The translations under genes were made by a program, and so were the position numbers. A DNA stretch of 64,000 nucleotides from an uncultured Ignavibacteriales bacterium (GTDB lineage: Bacteria; Bacteroidota; Ignavibacteria; UBA10030; SZUA-254): assembly GCA_963714795.1 (NCBI GenBank), contig CAVQPS010000009.1, positions 710,970-774,969 on the forward strand. Reading direction: 5' to 3'. The notes beneath the pieces were generated by a model. It saw only the letters and a list, made by a program, of their open reading frames with translations, was not told the origin of the DNA and ran no database searches. Below, in pieces: positions 20,620 through 30,809 of this stretch (the stretch's first letter is position 1; the number at the start of each line of letters is the position of its first letter).

Positions 20620-21510
20620 ATGAATAAGAGTCCACGATCGCATATCGTCGTCACGGAAATCGGATTGCTGTTTGTCGTCGTTGTCTGGGCGGCAAATTAT
20701 CCGTTGGCGAAATATGCTTTGTCCGGCATGGATCCGTTTGTCTTTAACGCGATCCGGTACATCGTCGCCGCGGCAACACTGCTGATTCTTTTTCTGTTTC
20801 GGTCCGAATGGCGTCCTATTGCCCGCGGTGATTGGAAAAGATTATTGCTCACCGGTTTTGAAGCGAACGTGCTGTATCAGATTGCCTTTATTATCGGGTT
20901 GAGTATGACGACCGCGGGCACCGCTTCCGTGCTGCTTTCCACCTCTCCGCTCTGGACAATTCTGTTGAATGCCCGCTTGCACCGGGAACGAATTCACAAA
21001 ATCCTCTGGATCGGGATGTCGATCTCATTACTCGGCGTTCTCATGATTGTATTCGGCGGTGGTTCGGATTATGTTCCCGGCAATCATGAATTTCTCGGCG
21101 ACGGCATTGCGCTGTGCGCATCCATCCTCTGGGCATTGAATACCGTTCTTCAAAAACCGTTGCTTGCAACATATTCTCCAACACAACTTTCGCTGATGAT
21201 GATTTCTATCGGGGCGATCGGGCTTTCTATTCTTTCGATTCCGACGGCAGTCACGTTCGGTTGGGCAACAACCGATTGGACATGTTATGGCGCTGCAATT
21301 CTTTCCGGAGCGTTATCGATCGGTATCTGTAATGCCATCTGGTCGCGCGGCGTTCTTCATATCGGTCCGGGAAAAACATCAAATTTCAACAACCTTGTTC
21401 CTGTTCTCGCCCTTGCAATTTCGTATTTCACGCTTCATGAAAAACTCATGCCCGTTCAGTTGGTCGGCGCCGGTATAACCGTTATCGGCGTGTGGATTGC
21501 ACGGCGGTGA
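20620..21510 (+). CDS. EamA/DMT-family transporter
   Basis: 296 aa with ten predicted TM helices and duplicated EamA-like halves. Confidence 0.85.
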   Translation: MNKSPRSHIVVTEIGLLFVVVVWAANYPLAKYALSGMDPFVFNAIRYIVAAATLLILFLFRSEWRPIARGDWKRLLLTGFEANVLYQIAFIIGLSMTTAGTASVLLSTSPLWTILLNARLHRERIHKILWIGMSISLLGVLMIVFGGGSDYVPGNHEFLGDGIALCASILWALNTVLQKPLLATYSPTQLSLMMISIGAIGLSILSIPTAVTFGWATTDWTCYGAAILSGALSIGICNAIWSRGVLHIGPGKTSNFNNLVPVLALAISYFTLHEKLMPVQLVGAGITVIGVWIARR

Positions 21511-21569
21511 TTGTTCATGCTTGATACTCCTCAAAAATATACCTACTTTATTCATGCTTTATTTTTCCG

Positions 21570-23876
21570 ATGTCTTCATCAATTGTTGGTAAGGAATTTC
21601 TTATGATGGTGCGAAACATATTTCCCGTGTTGATCGTTTTCATGATACCGCTCATTTCCAACGGACAGTCACGTGATGAATCAAAGCCGTTGCTTGGGTT
21701 TACCATGTCTCATGCTGCGGAACAACATTCATTGGAGACCGGGTTTGACGCATTGTTAAAACCCGACAGTCTGCGGGCATGGATGAAACATTTGGCCGCG
21801 CGGCCACATCATGTTGGTTCACCTTATGATAAAGAAAATGCTGAATTTCTCGCCTCGGAATTTCGTTCCTGGGGATACGAAACGGCCATCGAAGATTTTC
21901 AGGTATTATTTCCAACGCCGAAGACCAGAGTTCTGGAAATGATTTCTCCGACGACCTATGTTGCAAAGCTCACGGAACCGCCGGTTGCCGGCGACACGAC
22001 ATCATACCAGACTGATGAACAACTGCCGCCGTATAATGCTTATTCGATCGATGGCGATGTCACCGGAAATCTTGTGTATGTCAATTACGGTATTCCAGCG
22101 GACTACGAAGAACTGGACCGTCTCGGCATCGATGTGAAAGGAAAAATTGTCATCAGCCGGTACGGCGGAGCGTGGCGCGGCATCAAGCCGAAAGTTGCCG
22201 CCGAGCATGGCGCAATCGGCTGCATTATTTATTCCGACCCGCGCGATGACGGATATTTTCAGGGGGATGTGTATCCGAAAGGACCGTTCCGCAATGACGA
22301 GGGCGCGCAACGCGGCTCCGTAGCCGATATGCCGCTCTATGCCGGTGACCCGCTGACGCCATTTGTCGGCGCGACGAAAAATGCCAAGCGACTGTCTTTG
22401 AGCGAAGCGAAAACGTTGACGAAAATTCCGGTGCTTCCCATTTCGTACGGCGATGCGTTGCCACTTCTGAAGGCACTGGAAGGTCCGGTGGCTCCCGACG
22501 ACTGGCGCGGCGCACTGCCGATCACGTATCATATCGGACCGGGACCGGCAACGGTGCATTTGCATGTTGCATTCAATTGGGATATCAAACCGGTTTACGA
22601 TGTGATCGCGAAGATGAAGGGAAATGATCGTCCCGACGAGTGGATTCTTCGCGGCAATCATCATGATGCGTGGGTGAACGGTGCGGACGATCCGATCAGC
22701 GGTACCGTTGCCATGATGGAAGAAGCGCGTTGCGTCAGCGAGCTTGCAAAGCAGGGATGGAAACCGAGACGGACGATTATCTATTGTGTGTGGGACGGCG
22801 AAGAGCCCGGCTTGCTCGGTTCGACTGAATGGGTGGAAACACACGCCGATGAATTGAAAACCAAAGCGGCGGTCTATATCAACTCCGATTCAAACGGACG
22901 CGGCTTTTTAGGGGCAGGAGGTTCTCACACGTTGGAGAAATTTATCAACCAGGCGGCACGCGATGTGCTCGATCCGGAAAAAAATGTTTCAGTTCTTGAG
23001 CGGGAACGCACACGCCGGATGCTGAACGGTTCGCCGGAAGAAATGAAAGAAGTACGCGATCGTTCCGATCTGCACATTTATGCGCTTGGTTCCGGTTCCG
23101 ATTACACGCCTTTTCTTCAGCATCTCGGAATTGCTTCCTGTGCTATCGGTTATGGTGGAGAAAATGATGCCGGTGTCTATCATTCCGTTTACGATTCATA
23201 TAGTGCGTATTTCCGGTTCGGGGATCCCGGATTTGCCTACGGCATTACACAGGCAAAAACGACCGGACGACTCGTTCTTCGTCTTGCCGATGCCGATGTT
23301 CTCCCGCTGGAGTTTACGAATCTCGCCGAAACCGTTTCGCGATATGCCCGCGAAGTTCAAAAACTTCTCGATGATATGCGAACCGAAACTGAAAATCAAA
23401 ACGCCAGAATTCGCAATCGCACATACGAAATTGTAGCCGATCCCACCAAGCCGTATGTTTCACCAAAGCAAAAAGATCCGGTTCCGTATTTGGATTTTTC
23501 TTCTCTGCAGAATGCCGTCGCACATCTCACCGGTAATGCAAATCAGTTTGATACCGCACTTCATGAAATTCCCGATGGAATTCCGGCGTCAAACGGTGTT
23601 CAAACATCTCTCGATGAAATTTTGATGAAGATGGAACAAGCGTTCACGCGGCCCGAAGGATTGCCGCGGCGTCCGTGGTTCATTCATCAAATATATGCGC
23701 CGGGATTTTATACGGGATACGGCGTCAAAACGCTTCCGGGAATTCGTGAAGCGATCGAGCAGCGCAATTGGAAAGAAGCCGGTGAAGAAATCGTCGCGAC
23801 GGCTTCCGTCATCGAAAATTTCAATAACGAAATTGATCGGGCTGTAAACCTTTTACACTCTGCCGTGAAAAAATAA
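21570..23876 (+). CDS. M28-family peptidase of the glutamate carboxypeptidase II / transferrin-receptor-like type (PA + M28 + dimerisation domains)
   Basis: 768 aa. It has NAALADase-like blocks (ISRYGGAWRGIKP, RGNHHDAWVNGADDP, WDGEEPGLLGSTEWVE, GSGSDYTPF). The start may be ATG 21603. Confidence 0.9.
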   Translation: MSSSIVGKEFLMMVRNIFPVLIVFMIPLISNGQSRDESKPLLGFTMSHAAEQHSLETGFDALLKPDSLRAWMKHLAARPHHVGSPYDKENAEFLASEFRSWGYETAIEDFQVLFPTPKTRVLEMISPTTYVAKLTEPPVAGDTTSYQTDEQLPPYNAYSIDGDVTGNLVYVNYGIPADYEELDRLGIDVKGKIVISRYGGAWRGIKPKVAAEHGAIGCIIYSDPRDDGYFQGDVYPKGPFRNDEGAQRGSVADMPLYAGDPLTPFVGATKNAKRLSLSEAKTLTKIPVLPISYGDALPLLKALEGPVAPDDWRGALPITYHIGPGPATVHLHVAFNWDIKPVYDVIAKMKGNDRPDEWILRGNHHDAWVNGADDPISGTVAMMEEARCVSELAKQGWKPRRTIIYCVWDGEEPGLLGSTEWVETHADELKTKAAVYINSDSNGRGFLGAGGSHTLEKFINQAARDVLDPEKNVSVLERERTRRMLNGSPEEMKEVRDRSDLHIYALGSGSDYTPFLQHLGIASCAIGYGGENDAGVYHSVYDSYSAYFRFGDPGFAYGITQAKTTGRLVLRLADADVLPLEFTNLAETVSRYAREVQKLLDDMRTETENQNARIRNRTYEIVADPTKPYVSPKQKDPVPYLDFSSLQNAVAHLTGNANQFDTALHEIPDGIPASNGVQTSLDEILMKMEQAFTRPEGLPRRPWFIHQIYAPGFYTGYGVKTLPGIREAIEQRNWKEAGEEIVATASVIENFNNEIDRAVNLLHSAVKK

Positions 23877-23877
23877 T

Positions 23878-24660
23878 ATGGCGCGATTTAAAGTCTTTCT
23901 TGAATATGAGGGAACACGGTTCAGCGGCTGGCAAATACAGAACAACGCACGGACGATTCAGGGTGAAATTCTCCGCGTCGCACAGGATATTTTCCAAACG
24001 CGCTCGATAGAAATATACGGCTCCGGCCGTACCGATGCAGGCGTTCACGCACTGTATCAGGTTGCTCATCTCGATGTGGAAACGGTTCTTGCGCCGGAAA
24101 TCATTCGGATGAAACTGAACGATGAACTTCCTCCCGATATCAATATTATCGAGATCGAAAAAGTCCCGAAAACATTTCATGCACGGCACGATGCCGTTGC
24201 GCGAAGCTATCTCTATCAGATTTCGCGGCGGCGCACAGCGTTCGGTAAACGGTTTGTCTGGTGGATCAAAGATCCGCTTGATGTCTCTGCGATGAAATCC
24301 GTCCTTCCATTATTCGAAGGAATGAAAAATTTTCAATCGTTCACAGCCGATGACCCGGAAGAAAAATCCACGGCTGTTCTCATCGAACGAATGCGGATTG
24401 CCGAATCGGGAGAACTGATTCTGGTGCGCATCGAAGGATCGCATTTTTTGTGGAAGATGATCCGGCAGATGATCGGCATTCTTGTCGAAGTGGGGCGTGG
24501 CAAAATGAAGAAGAATGAAATCGAACAACTCCTGCGAACGCATTCCGATAAACCAGCCCGCTACACCGCACCGCCATCCGGATTATTTCTCGAGCGTGTC
24601 TATTATAAAGGGGAGAAACGGCTGGAAACGATAGAGCCGGTTTTACAAATTCATTCCTAA
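23878..24660 (+). CDS. truA: tRNA pseudouridine(38-40) synthase
   Basis: It has YEGTRFSGWQIQ and the catalytic block GSGRTDAGVHA. Confidence 0.9.
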   Translation: MARFKVFLEYEGTRFSGWQIQNNARTIQGEILRVAQDIFQTRSIEIYGSGRTDAGVHALYQVAHLDVETVLAPEIIRMKLNDELPPDINIIEIEKVPKTFHARHDAVARSYLYQISRRRTAFGKRFVWWIKDPLDVSAMKSVLPLFEGMKNFQSFTADDPEEKSTAVLIERMRIAESGELILVRIEGSHFLWKMIRQMIGILVEVGRGKMKKNEIEQLLRTHSDKPARYTAPPSGLFLERVYYKGEKRLETIEPVLQIHS

Positions 24661-26108
24661 AGCGTCTCTTCGAGATGGCGCGCTTTTTCCCGGATGATCG
24701 AAAGCGCCATGTCGATCGTATCGAGATGTGTGCGGAAGCTGAGCACCGCCATGCGAATGACGAACTGCCCGTTCAGTCTTGTTGATGAAAGAAATACGCG
24801 GCCATCGCGAACGACTTCCTGAATCAACCGTTCGTTAAACGTGTTTACATCGCCGCGTTTCGGAATATATCGAAAAGTCGTTACGGAAAGATCGGGAAAC
24901 CTGCCAACCTCAAACCCATTGACTTTCTGAATCTCCTGATGAAAATACCGTGCGAGCAGTAATTTTTCTTCAAGCGTCGCCCGAAACGGAACGATGCCGA
25001 GCAATTTGAGCGGAAGCCATAACCGTAGTCCGCGAAAATGCTTCGTCAGTTCCGGCGAAAGATCTGCCGGCGAAAGTTCGTCGCTGGACTTCAATGCATC
25101 CTGCAGATAATTTGCCTGATACCAGAATGCATGATAGAGTTTCGTTTTGTCCCGCACGAGCAACGCGCCGCTTCCGTACGGAAGAAATAAACCCTTGTGA
25201 GGATCCATCACCAGCGAGTCCGAACGTTCCATTCCGCGAAGGATTTTTTTTCCCTCATCACAGAGAATAAAAAATGCACCATACGCTCCGTCGGTATGCA
25301 TCCATAAATTATGACGTTGTGCAATGTCGGCAATGGTGTGTAACGGATCGACGGCCCCGACATCGGTCGTGCCGGCGGCGCAAATAACGAGCCACGGATT
25401 TAATCCCGATCGCTTATCTTCAAGAATGGATTTTTCCAGTGCGACCGTATCCATTCGAAATTGTGCATCGACAGGAACATGTCGTAAAATACAATGATTG
25501 AGTCCCGCGATGCGTATTGCTTTATCGACGGAATGATGTGCCTGCGTCGTGAGATACATAACCGACCGCTCAATGTCTTTCGGTTGCAATCCAGCAGCAT
25601 CCCGGGCTGCAACGATGCCGATTAGATTTGCAATGCTTCCGCCGGATGTTAAATTTCCTCCAGCCGTTTTCGGAAACCCGGCAATCGATGCCATCCAATC
25701 GATCAGCAATTGTTCCATACGAACGGCGCCCGGCCCTGCAAAAAATACTCCGGCAAATCGATTTGTTACATCGGCAAGGTAATCGCCGAGAGAAGAGTAA
25801 TAAATTCCGCCGCCGGGAATATAACCGAGATGTCCGCCCGAAGCGGGATTGAGTCCGGGACGATCGACTTGTTCACCGATGATTTGAAGTAACGATTGTA
25901 TGTCGGCAGGATGTTCGGCAATAGGAGAATCGAAAAGTCCTTTTCCTTTATCATCGGTGGTGACGTATGCGGGAAGATCATAAATATGATTGAGGAATTG
26001 CTCGGTGTATGTAATTACCTGCGAGCGTACCGTTTCGCGTTGCGATGCCGACGGCTCGAGCAATCGCGCAATCGGTTCCAGCTTCTGAATTTCCTCAATG
26101 ATGCTCAT
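24657..26108 (-). CDS. Group II pyridoxal-dependent (aromatic-L-amino-acid-type) decarboxylase
   Basis: 483 aa. It has SGGSIANL, HTDGAYGAFF and the PLP-Lys block DPHKGLFLPYGSG. Confidence 0.85.
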   Translation of the reverse strand: MSIIEEIQKLEPIARLLEPSASQRETVRSQVITYTEQFLNHIYDLPAYVTTDDKGKGLFDSPIAEHPADIQSLLQIIGEQVDRPGLNPASGGHLGYIPGGGIYYSSLGDYLADVTNRFAGVFFAGPGAVRMEQLLIDWMASIAGFPKTAGGNLTSGGSIANLIGIVAARDAAGLQPKDIERSVMYLTTQAHHSVDKAIRIAGLNHCILRHVPVDAQFRMDTVALEKSILEDKRSGLNPWLVICAAGTTDVGAVDPLHTIADIAQRHNLWMHTDGAYGAFFILCDEGKKILRGMERSDSLVMDPHKGLFLPYGSGALLVRDKTKLYHAFWYQANYLQDALKSSDELSPADLSPELTKHFRGLRLWLPLKLLGIVPFRATLEEKLLLARYFHQEIQKVNGFEVGRFPDLSVTTFRYIPKRGDVNTFNERLIQEVVRDGRVFLSSTRLNGQFVIRMAVLSFRTHLDTIDMALSIIREKARHLEETL

Positions 26109-26119
26109 GGATGAAGAAT

Positions 26120-26572
26120 CTACCGTTCAACGACATCGGTGGGAAGCTCGTTCGTATCTCCTGCCGAATGCGGGAAATGTTTCGCCAGTTCCATGCCTAC
26201 TGCCGTGACGGCATCGGTAATCCCCTGAACATATCTGCCTTCTTTAAAGTGTGCGGAGATTACTTCGGCAATTCGACCCCACGTGCCGTCATCGACTTTT
26301 TTATGAATCCCTTCATCGGCGATGATGTGAAATTTCCGTTCGGAAAAAAGGAGCAATAATAACACGCCCGTCCGGTTGCGTGTGTGCTGCATGCCGAGCC
26401 GGTGGAATTCTTTGAGTGCGAGTTGATGGAGCGATAGTTGCTTTTCATTCCAATGTTTACCGTGGCGTACAACGACGCGGATTTGTCCCGATGTCTTTTT
26501 TTCCGCTTCGGCAATTGCTGCCGAAAGCGTCTTCAAATCGTCTTTCGAAAAATATGGTTTAAACCGCCACAT
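26120..26572 (-). CDS. TPM-domain (TLP18.3/Psb32/MOLO-1-like) protein
   Basis: 150 aa with ..AEKKTSGQIRVVV.. and ..RNRTGVLLLLLFSERKFHIIADEGI... It is the third gene of the LemA-TPM-TPM run. Confidence 0.75.
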   Translation of the reverse strand: MWRFKPYFSKDDLKTLSAAIAEAEKKTSGQIRVVVRHGKHWNEKQLSLHQLALKEFHRLGMQHTRNRTGVLLLLLFSERKFHIIADEGIHKKVDDGTWGRIAEVISAHFKEGRYVQGITDAVTAVGMELAKHFPHSAGDTNELPTDVVER

Positions 26573-26604
26573 GATGTTTTAAAATTAGTCCATAAAAAGA
26601 ATCA

Positions 26605-27360
26605 TTACCAGCTTCCGCTGGCGCCGCCGCCGCCGAAACTTCCGCCGCCGCCGCTGAACCCGCCTCCGCCAAATCCACCGCCGGAAAATCCGCCCCCGCC
26701 GAATCCGCCGCCCCACCATCCGCCGCGGGAATAATAACCGCCGGAACCGAGGTAATGTCTACGGCTCCCGGTAAGAAATCTCATGAGAATAAAAAATAAC
26801 GGGAAGAGCAAAAATAGAAAGGGCGGAGGATTACTGTGCCTGTTGCCGGCCGGATCGCCTTTGAACTCTCCTTTGGTGACGCTGATGATTGCAGATATAC
26901 CGGCACTTATGCCGCCGGCAAAATCCCCTTCGCGGAAATACGGCGCCATTACTTTTCGTATGATTTGATCGGAGATCGCGTCGGTCAGCGCTCCTTCCAG
27001 CCCGTAGCCCACTTCAATGCGTGCTTTGCGATCCGATTTGGCGATCACCATGAGAACGCCGTTGTCGCGTCCCTTTTTTCCGAGCTTATTTTTTTCCGCA
27101 ACCTGAATTGTGTAGTCTTCGATGCTCTGGTCGTTCAGTGTCGTGATGAGAAGAACGACAACCTGATTGGAGGTCTCCTGTTCGAATTGTGCTAATGATT
27201 GATCGATCGATTGGAGTTCCCCTGCCGACAATGTTCCCGAAAGATCCGTAACGCGGGTGTGAATGTCCGGAATTTCCTGAGCCAGTACGTTGTCAGACAG
27301 TAACCCGCCGACAAGAATTACAAAACCAACTAACCAGCAAACTGAAAATATTTTTTGCAT
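26605..27360 (-). CDS. TPM-domain protein (YgcG-like) with TM segment and Gly-rich C-terminal tail
   Basis: It has a signal peptide, a TPM fold (NQVVVLLITTL..DNGVLMVIAKSDRKARIEVGYGLEG) and the tail GGGFGGGGFSGGGFGGGGFSGGGG. Confidence 0.8.
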   Translation of the reverse strand: MQKIFSVCWLVGFVILVGGLLSDNVLAQEIPDIHTRVTDLSGTLSAGELQSIDQSLAQFEQETSNQVVVLLITTLNDQSIEDYTIQVAEKNKLGKKGRDNGVLMVIAKSDRKARIEVGYGLEGALTDAISDQIIRKVMAPYFREGDFAGGISAGISAIISVTKGEFKGDPAGNRHSNPPPFLFLLFPLFFILMRFLTGSRRHYLGSGGYYSRGGWWGGGFGGGGFSGGGFGGGGFSGGGGSFGGGGASGSW

Positions 27361-27966
27361 TTAGAATTTCACTTTGGGCGCTTTGTCCGAACCCGGTTCC
27401 GCCTGGAAATATTGTTTTTGTGCGAAGCCGAACATGCCGGCAAAAATTGCCGTCGGGAATGTCCGGACTTTCACATTATAATCCTGAACGACCTCATTGA
27501 ACCTTTTTCGTTCGACCGTGATCCGGTTTTCCGTTCCTTCAAGCTGGGACTGCAACTGAAGAAAATTTTCATTGGCTTTCAGTTGCGGATAATTTTCGGC
27601 CACTGCCATTAACCGTGAAAGTGCAGAAGAAAGCATCCCCTGCGCTTCCTGAAATTTCTGGAATGCCTGTGGATTGTTCAAGACTTCGGGCGTTACCGTC
27701 AATTTACCGACGCTCGAGCGTGCATCGGCAACATCGGTGAAGACCTGGCTTTCATGCTGCGCGTATCCTTTGACCGTCTCGACAAGATTCGGAATCAAAT
27801 CGGCCCGCCGCTGGTATTGATTTTGGACCTGTGCCCAGGCCTGGTTGACCGATTCGTCAAGCTTTACCAACGAATTGTACATTCCTGTTGCCCATCCGAA
27901 AATGCCGATAGCAAGCAAAACAATGACGCCGAGAACCGCCAGAATGATTATTGTACTGCGTTTCAT
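27361..27966 (-). CDS. lemA: LemA-family protein
   Basis: 201 aa with an N-terminal TM helix and LemA blocks (WAQVQNQYQRRADLIPNLV, NYPQLKANENF). Its stop abuts the next start codon. Confidence 0.9.
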   Translation of the reverse strand: MKRSTIIILAVLGVIVLLAIGIFGWATGMYNSLVKLDESVNQAWAQVQNQYQRRADLIPNLVETVKGYAQHESQVFTDVADARSSVGKLTVTPEVLNNPQAFQKFQEAQGMLSSALSRLMAVAENYPQLKANENFLQLQSQLEGTENRITVERKRFNEVVQDYNVKVRTFPTAIFAGMFGFAQKQYFQAEPGSDKAPKVKF

Positions 27967-28136
27967 AATTTCTTCCTTTTGAGTGATTTCGAATTCGTCT
28001 GATCAATATTGTAAAACAAGCGACGAAAATCAACTTTCATCATTGCGTTTTGAACCGATAACTTGTATACTTATATCCATACGATTATTTCACCGTAAAA
28101 GTTCACACAATCTAAAACGGTTTTGGAGAAACAAAT

Positions 28137-28727
28137 ATGCATTGCCGCACATGGTTTTCATTCACCGCATTCATAGTTTTAATTCTGGCCGGATGTTCAA
28201 ATCAAAAGGAACCGGCACGACAGCAACCGCCACAAATGCCTTCGACCGAAATGGTACAACAGGGTCCGTCAAATATGATAGCCGGGATAGAGTGGACCGT
28301 TCCGCAGCATTGGAAAGAACAGCCACAGCGGCAAATGCGCGTTGCAACGTATACAATTCCTTCCGCCGATGTTAATGTTGATGAAGGCGAGTGCGCGGTG
28401 TTTTATTTCGGCAACAATCAAGGCGGCGGCATCGATATGAATATCGACCGTTGGGCTGCACAATTTGAAAACTCTCCGAAACCCGATCGATCATCCAAAG
28501 AAATAAACGGCACCAAGGTAACGTTCGTCACGATCGATGGTACATATCTTGCACCTTCCGGACCGATGATGCAATCGCAGGGTAAAAAACCGGACTACCG
28601 GCTTCTCGGCGCCATCGTTGAAGCACCGGATGGTTTGGTGTTTTTTAAATTCACCGGTCCGAAAAAAACCGTCGGCGCGGCAGAAACAGAATTCACTTCT
28701 CTGATTCAATCCATAAAAAAGAATTAG
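28137..28727 (+). CDS. Hypothetical lipoprotein
   Basis: It has the lipobox LILAGC. I recognise no family. Confidence 0.6.
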   Translation: MHCRTWFSFTAFIVLILAGCSNQKEPARQQPPQMPSTEMVQQGPSNMIAGIEWTVPQHWKEQPQRQMRVATYTIPSADVNVDEGECAVFYFGNNQGGGIDMNIDRWAAQFENSPKPDRSSKEINGTKVTFVTIDGTYLAPSGPMMQSQGKKPDYRLLGAIVEAPDGLVFFKFTGPKKTVGAAETEFTSLIQSIKKN

Positions 28728-30526
28728 TTGTTCATCAACACCGGCATGCCGGTACGCGCTCCGTTGAGAGTCCGCTCCTGCCGCTCGCCGATTTGCTGAC
28801 GCCACATCGCGTAGTACAGTCCTTTTATCTCCAGGAGATCGTGATGTCTGCCGGATTCGACGACGTGGCCCTTTTCCAGAACGAAAATTTTGTCGGCATG
28901 GAGAATTGTCGACAACCGATGCGCGATGAGAATGGTGATCATGTCTTTTCTTGTTGAAACATCGCGGATCGTTTCGCTGATTTCTTCTTCCGTCAAAGAA
29001 TCCAGTGACGAGGTTGCTTCGTCGAAGACGAGCAAATTCGGTTGGCGCAGTAACGCGCGGGCGATCGACAGACGTTGTTTTTCGCCGCCGGAAACTTTCA
29101 CACCGCTTTCACCGATGACCGTATCCAATCCTTTGCTGGCACGTGCCATCAACGATTGACATGCCGCTTTCTGTAAAACGTCCAAACATGCTGCGTCGGT
29201 CGCCTGCGGATTCACGAAGAGAAGATTTTCGCGGATTGTTCCGGAGAACAACTGCGTGTCTTGCGTAACAAAGCCGATGTGTTCGCGGAGATGGTCTAGA
29301 TCGATTTTTGTGCTGGAAAATCCGTTATAGAGAATCGTTCCTTCCTGTGGCTGGTAGAGTCCGACCAGCAGTTTAACCAGCGTTGTTTTACCGGAACCGG
29401 ACGGTCCGACAAACGCGATCGTTTCGCCGGTGTTGACGGTAAATGAAATGCCGTTGAGCGCATTGCTCGTCGCCGATTGATGTTTGAACAGAACATTGTT
29501 GAATTCCAAAGTGGAAATCGTGCCGAGCGTGACAGGGTTTGCGGGCTTCGTTTCTTTCGGTATATTCAGAATATCCTGGAAGTTTTGGAGCGATACTTCG
29601 GTTTCGCGGTATGTATTGATGACGTTGCCCAATTCCTGCAGCGGTCCGAAAATAAAGAACGAATAAATCCACAACGAAAAGAATTGTCCGAATGTGATTT
29701 CCTGCGCGTAAATCAGGTACAGCATTAATCCGAGAATACTGGTGCGGAGGAAATTGACCGACGACCCCTGAATGAAACTCAGCCGGCGCAGGTAGCGGAT
29801 TTTTTTCAATTCGAGCTGAAGAATTTTTTCTGTGGTTGAATTCAGCCGAAGTGTTTCCTGTTGTGCCAGCCCTAAACTTTTAATCAATTCGATGTTGCGC
29901 AACGATTCCGTCGTTGAGCCGGCAAGCGCCGTTGTTTCGGAAACAATGATCTTTTGAATTTTTTTGATTTTCTTGCTGATTGCCGAGCTGATGAAGCCGA
30001 GGATCGGGATCGTGGCAAAGTACACCGGTGCGATAATCCAGTGTACCGTGAAAGCATAGATTGTAACGAATACGACGCCGACAAGCGTGGTAAAAAGAAT
30101 GTTGATGGCGGCACTGATCAGGCGTTGTACATCATCCCGGACTTTCTGCAGTTTGCCGAGTGTTTCACCGCTGCGTTGATCTTCAAAGACCTGATACGGG
30201 AGGTCGAGCGAGTGTCGCAATCCGTCCGAATAAATTTGCGCACCGACCCGCTGTGTTATCACATTGATAAAATAATCCTGGAAATTTTTCGCCACACGTG
30301 ACACAAACGCGGCTCCCATCGCAGCCAGAAGAAGAAGACCGACACCTTTAAAGAAATCAGAAGATGTATACTGTTTGAATCGGGTGACATACTGATCGAT
30401 GATGTGCCGGAAGATTAACGGATCGAGAAGCGAAAACACCTGGTTGATCGTGGCGAGCAAGAGTGCAAGCGCTACGATTTTCCAATATTTCTTAAGATAT
30501 GAATAAAGAATGTCCATAATGAGCAT
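28724..30526 (-). CDS. ABC exporter, fused permease/ATPase (MsbA-like)
   Basis: It has six N-terminal TM helices, Walker A GPSGSGKTT, the signature VSGGEKQRLSIARA and Walker B LLVFDEATS. The start is probably ATG 30517. Confidence 0.9.
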   Translation of the reverse strand: MLIMDILYSYLKKYWKIVALALLLATINQVFSLLDPLIFRHIIDQYVTRFKQYTSSDFFKGVGLLLLAAMGAAFVSRVAKNFQDYFINVITQRVGAQIYSDGLRHSLDLPYQVFEDQRSGETLGKLQKVRDDVQRLISAAINILFTTLVGVVFVTIYAFTVHWIIAPVYFATIPILGFISSAISKKIKKIQKIIVSETTALAGSTTESLRNIELIKSLGLAQQETLRLNSTTEKILQLELKKIRYLRRLSFIQGSSVNFLRTSILGLMLYLIYAQEITFGQFFSLWIYSFFIFGPLQELGNVINTYRETEVSLQNFQDILNIPKETKPANPVTLGTISTLEFNNVLFKHQSATSNALNGISFTVNTGETIAFVGPSGSGKTTLVKLLVGLYQPQEGTILYNGFSSTKIDLDHLREHIGFVTQDTQLFSGTIRENLLFVNPQATDAACLDVLQKAACQSLMARASKGLDTVIGESGVKVSGGEKQRLSIARALLRQPNLLVFDEATSSLDSLTEEEISETIRDVSTRKDMITILIAHRLSTILHADKIFVLEKGHVVESGRHHDLLEIKGLYYAMWRQQIGERQERTLNGARTGMPVLMNN

Positions 30527-30809
30527 GAAAAATTTATGATATAAAAGATAGGAAATTCAAAGATGAAATGCTTTGCCGGATAACGCCATCATTTTTTTGG
30601 TAGTGGGTCAGTTTCCTGATATCACCTATCCCGAAATCTCCCGTCTTGCTGAATTGCTTTTGTTCAGCATCTATTCCGAGCTTGCTTGGTTCTGATTCCG
30701 AATAGAATCGTTTCGGAAAGACGCGGTTTTGTAAATTGACCCCCTACCATTTTTATGATTTTTTTGGAATTTCTTTTCATTTGATTACATTATCCATGCT
30801 CATAATTTC

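Noticed and set aside
26438-26734. A proline-rich ORF (..PPPPKLPPPPLNPPPPNPPPENPPPP..).
   Set aside because: It is the reverse complement of the Gly-rich tail (GGGFGGGGFSGGG..) of the YgcG-like TPM protein. The repeat is low-complexity coding sequence, not a separate gene or a DNA repeat element.
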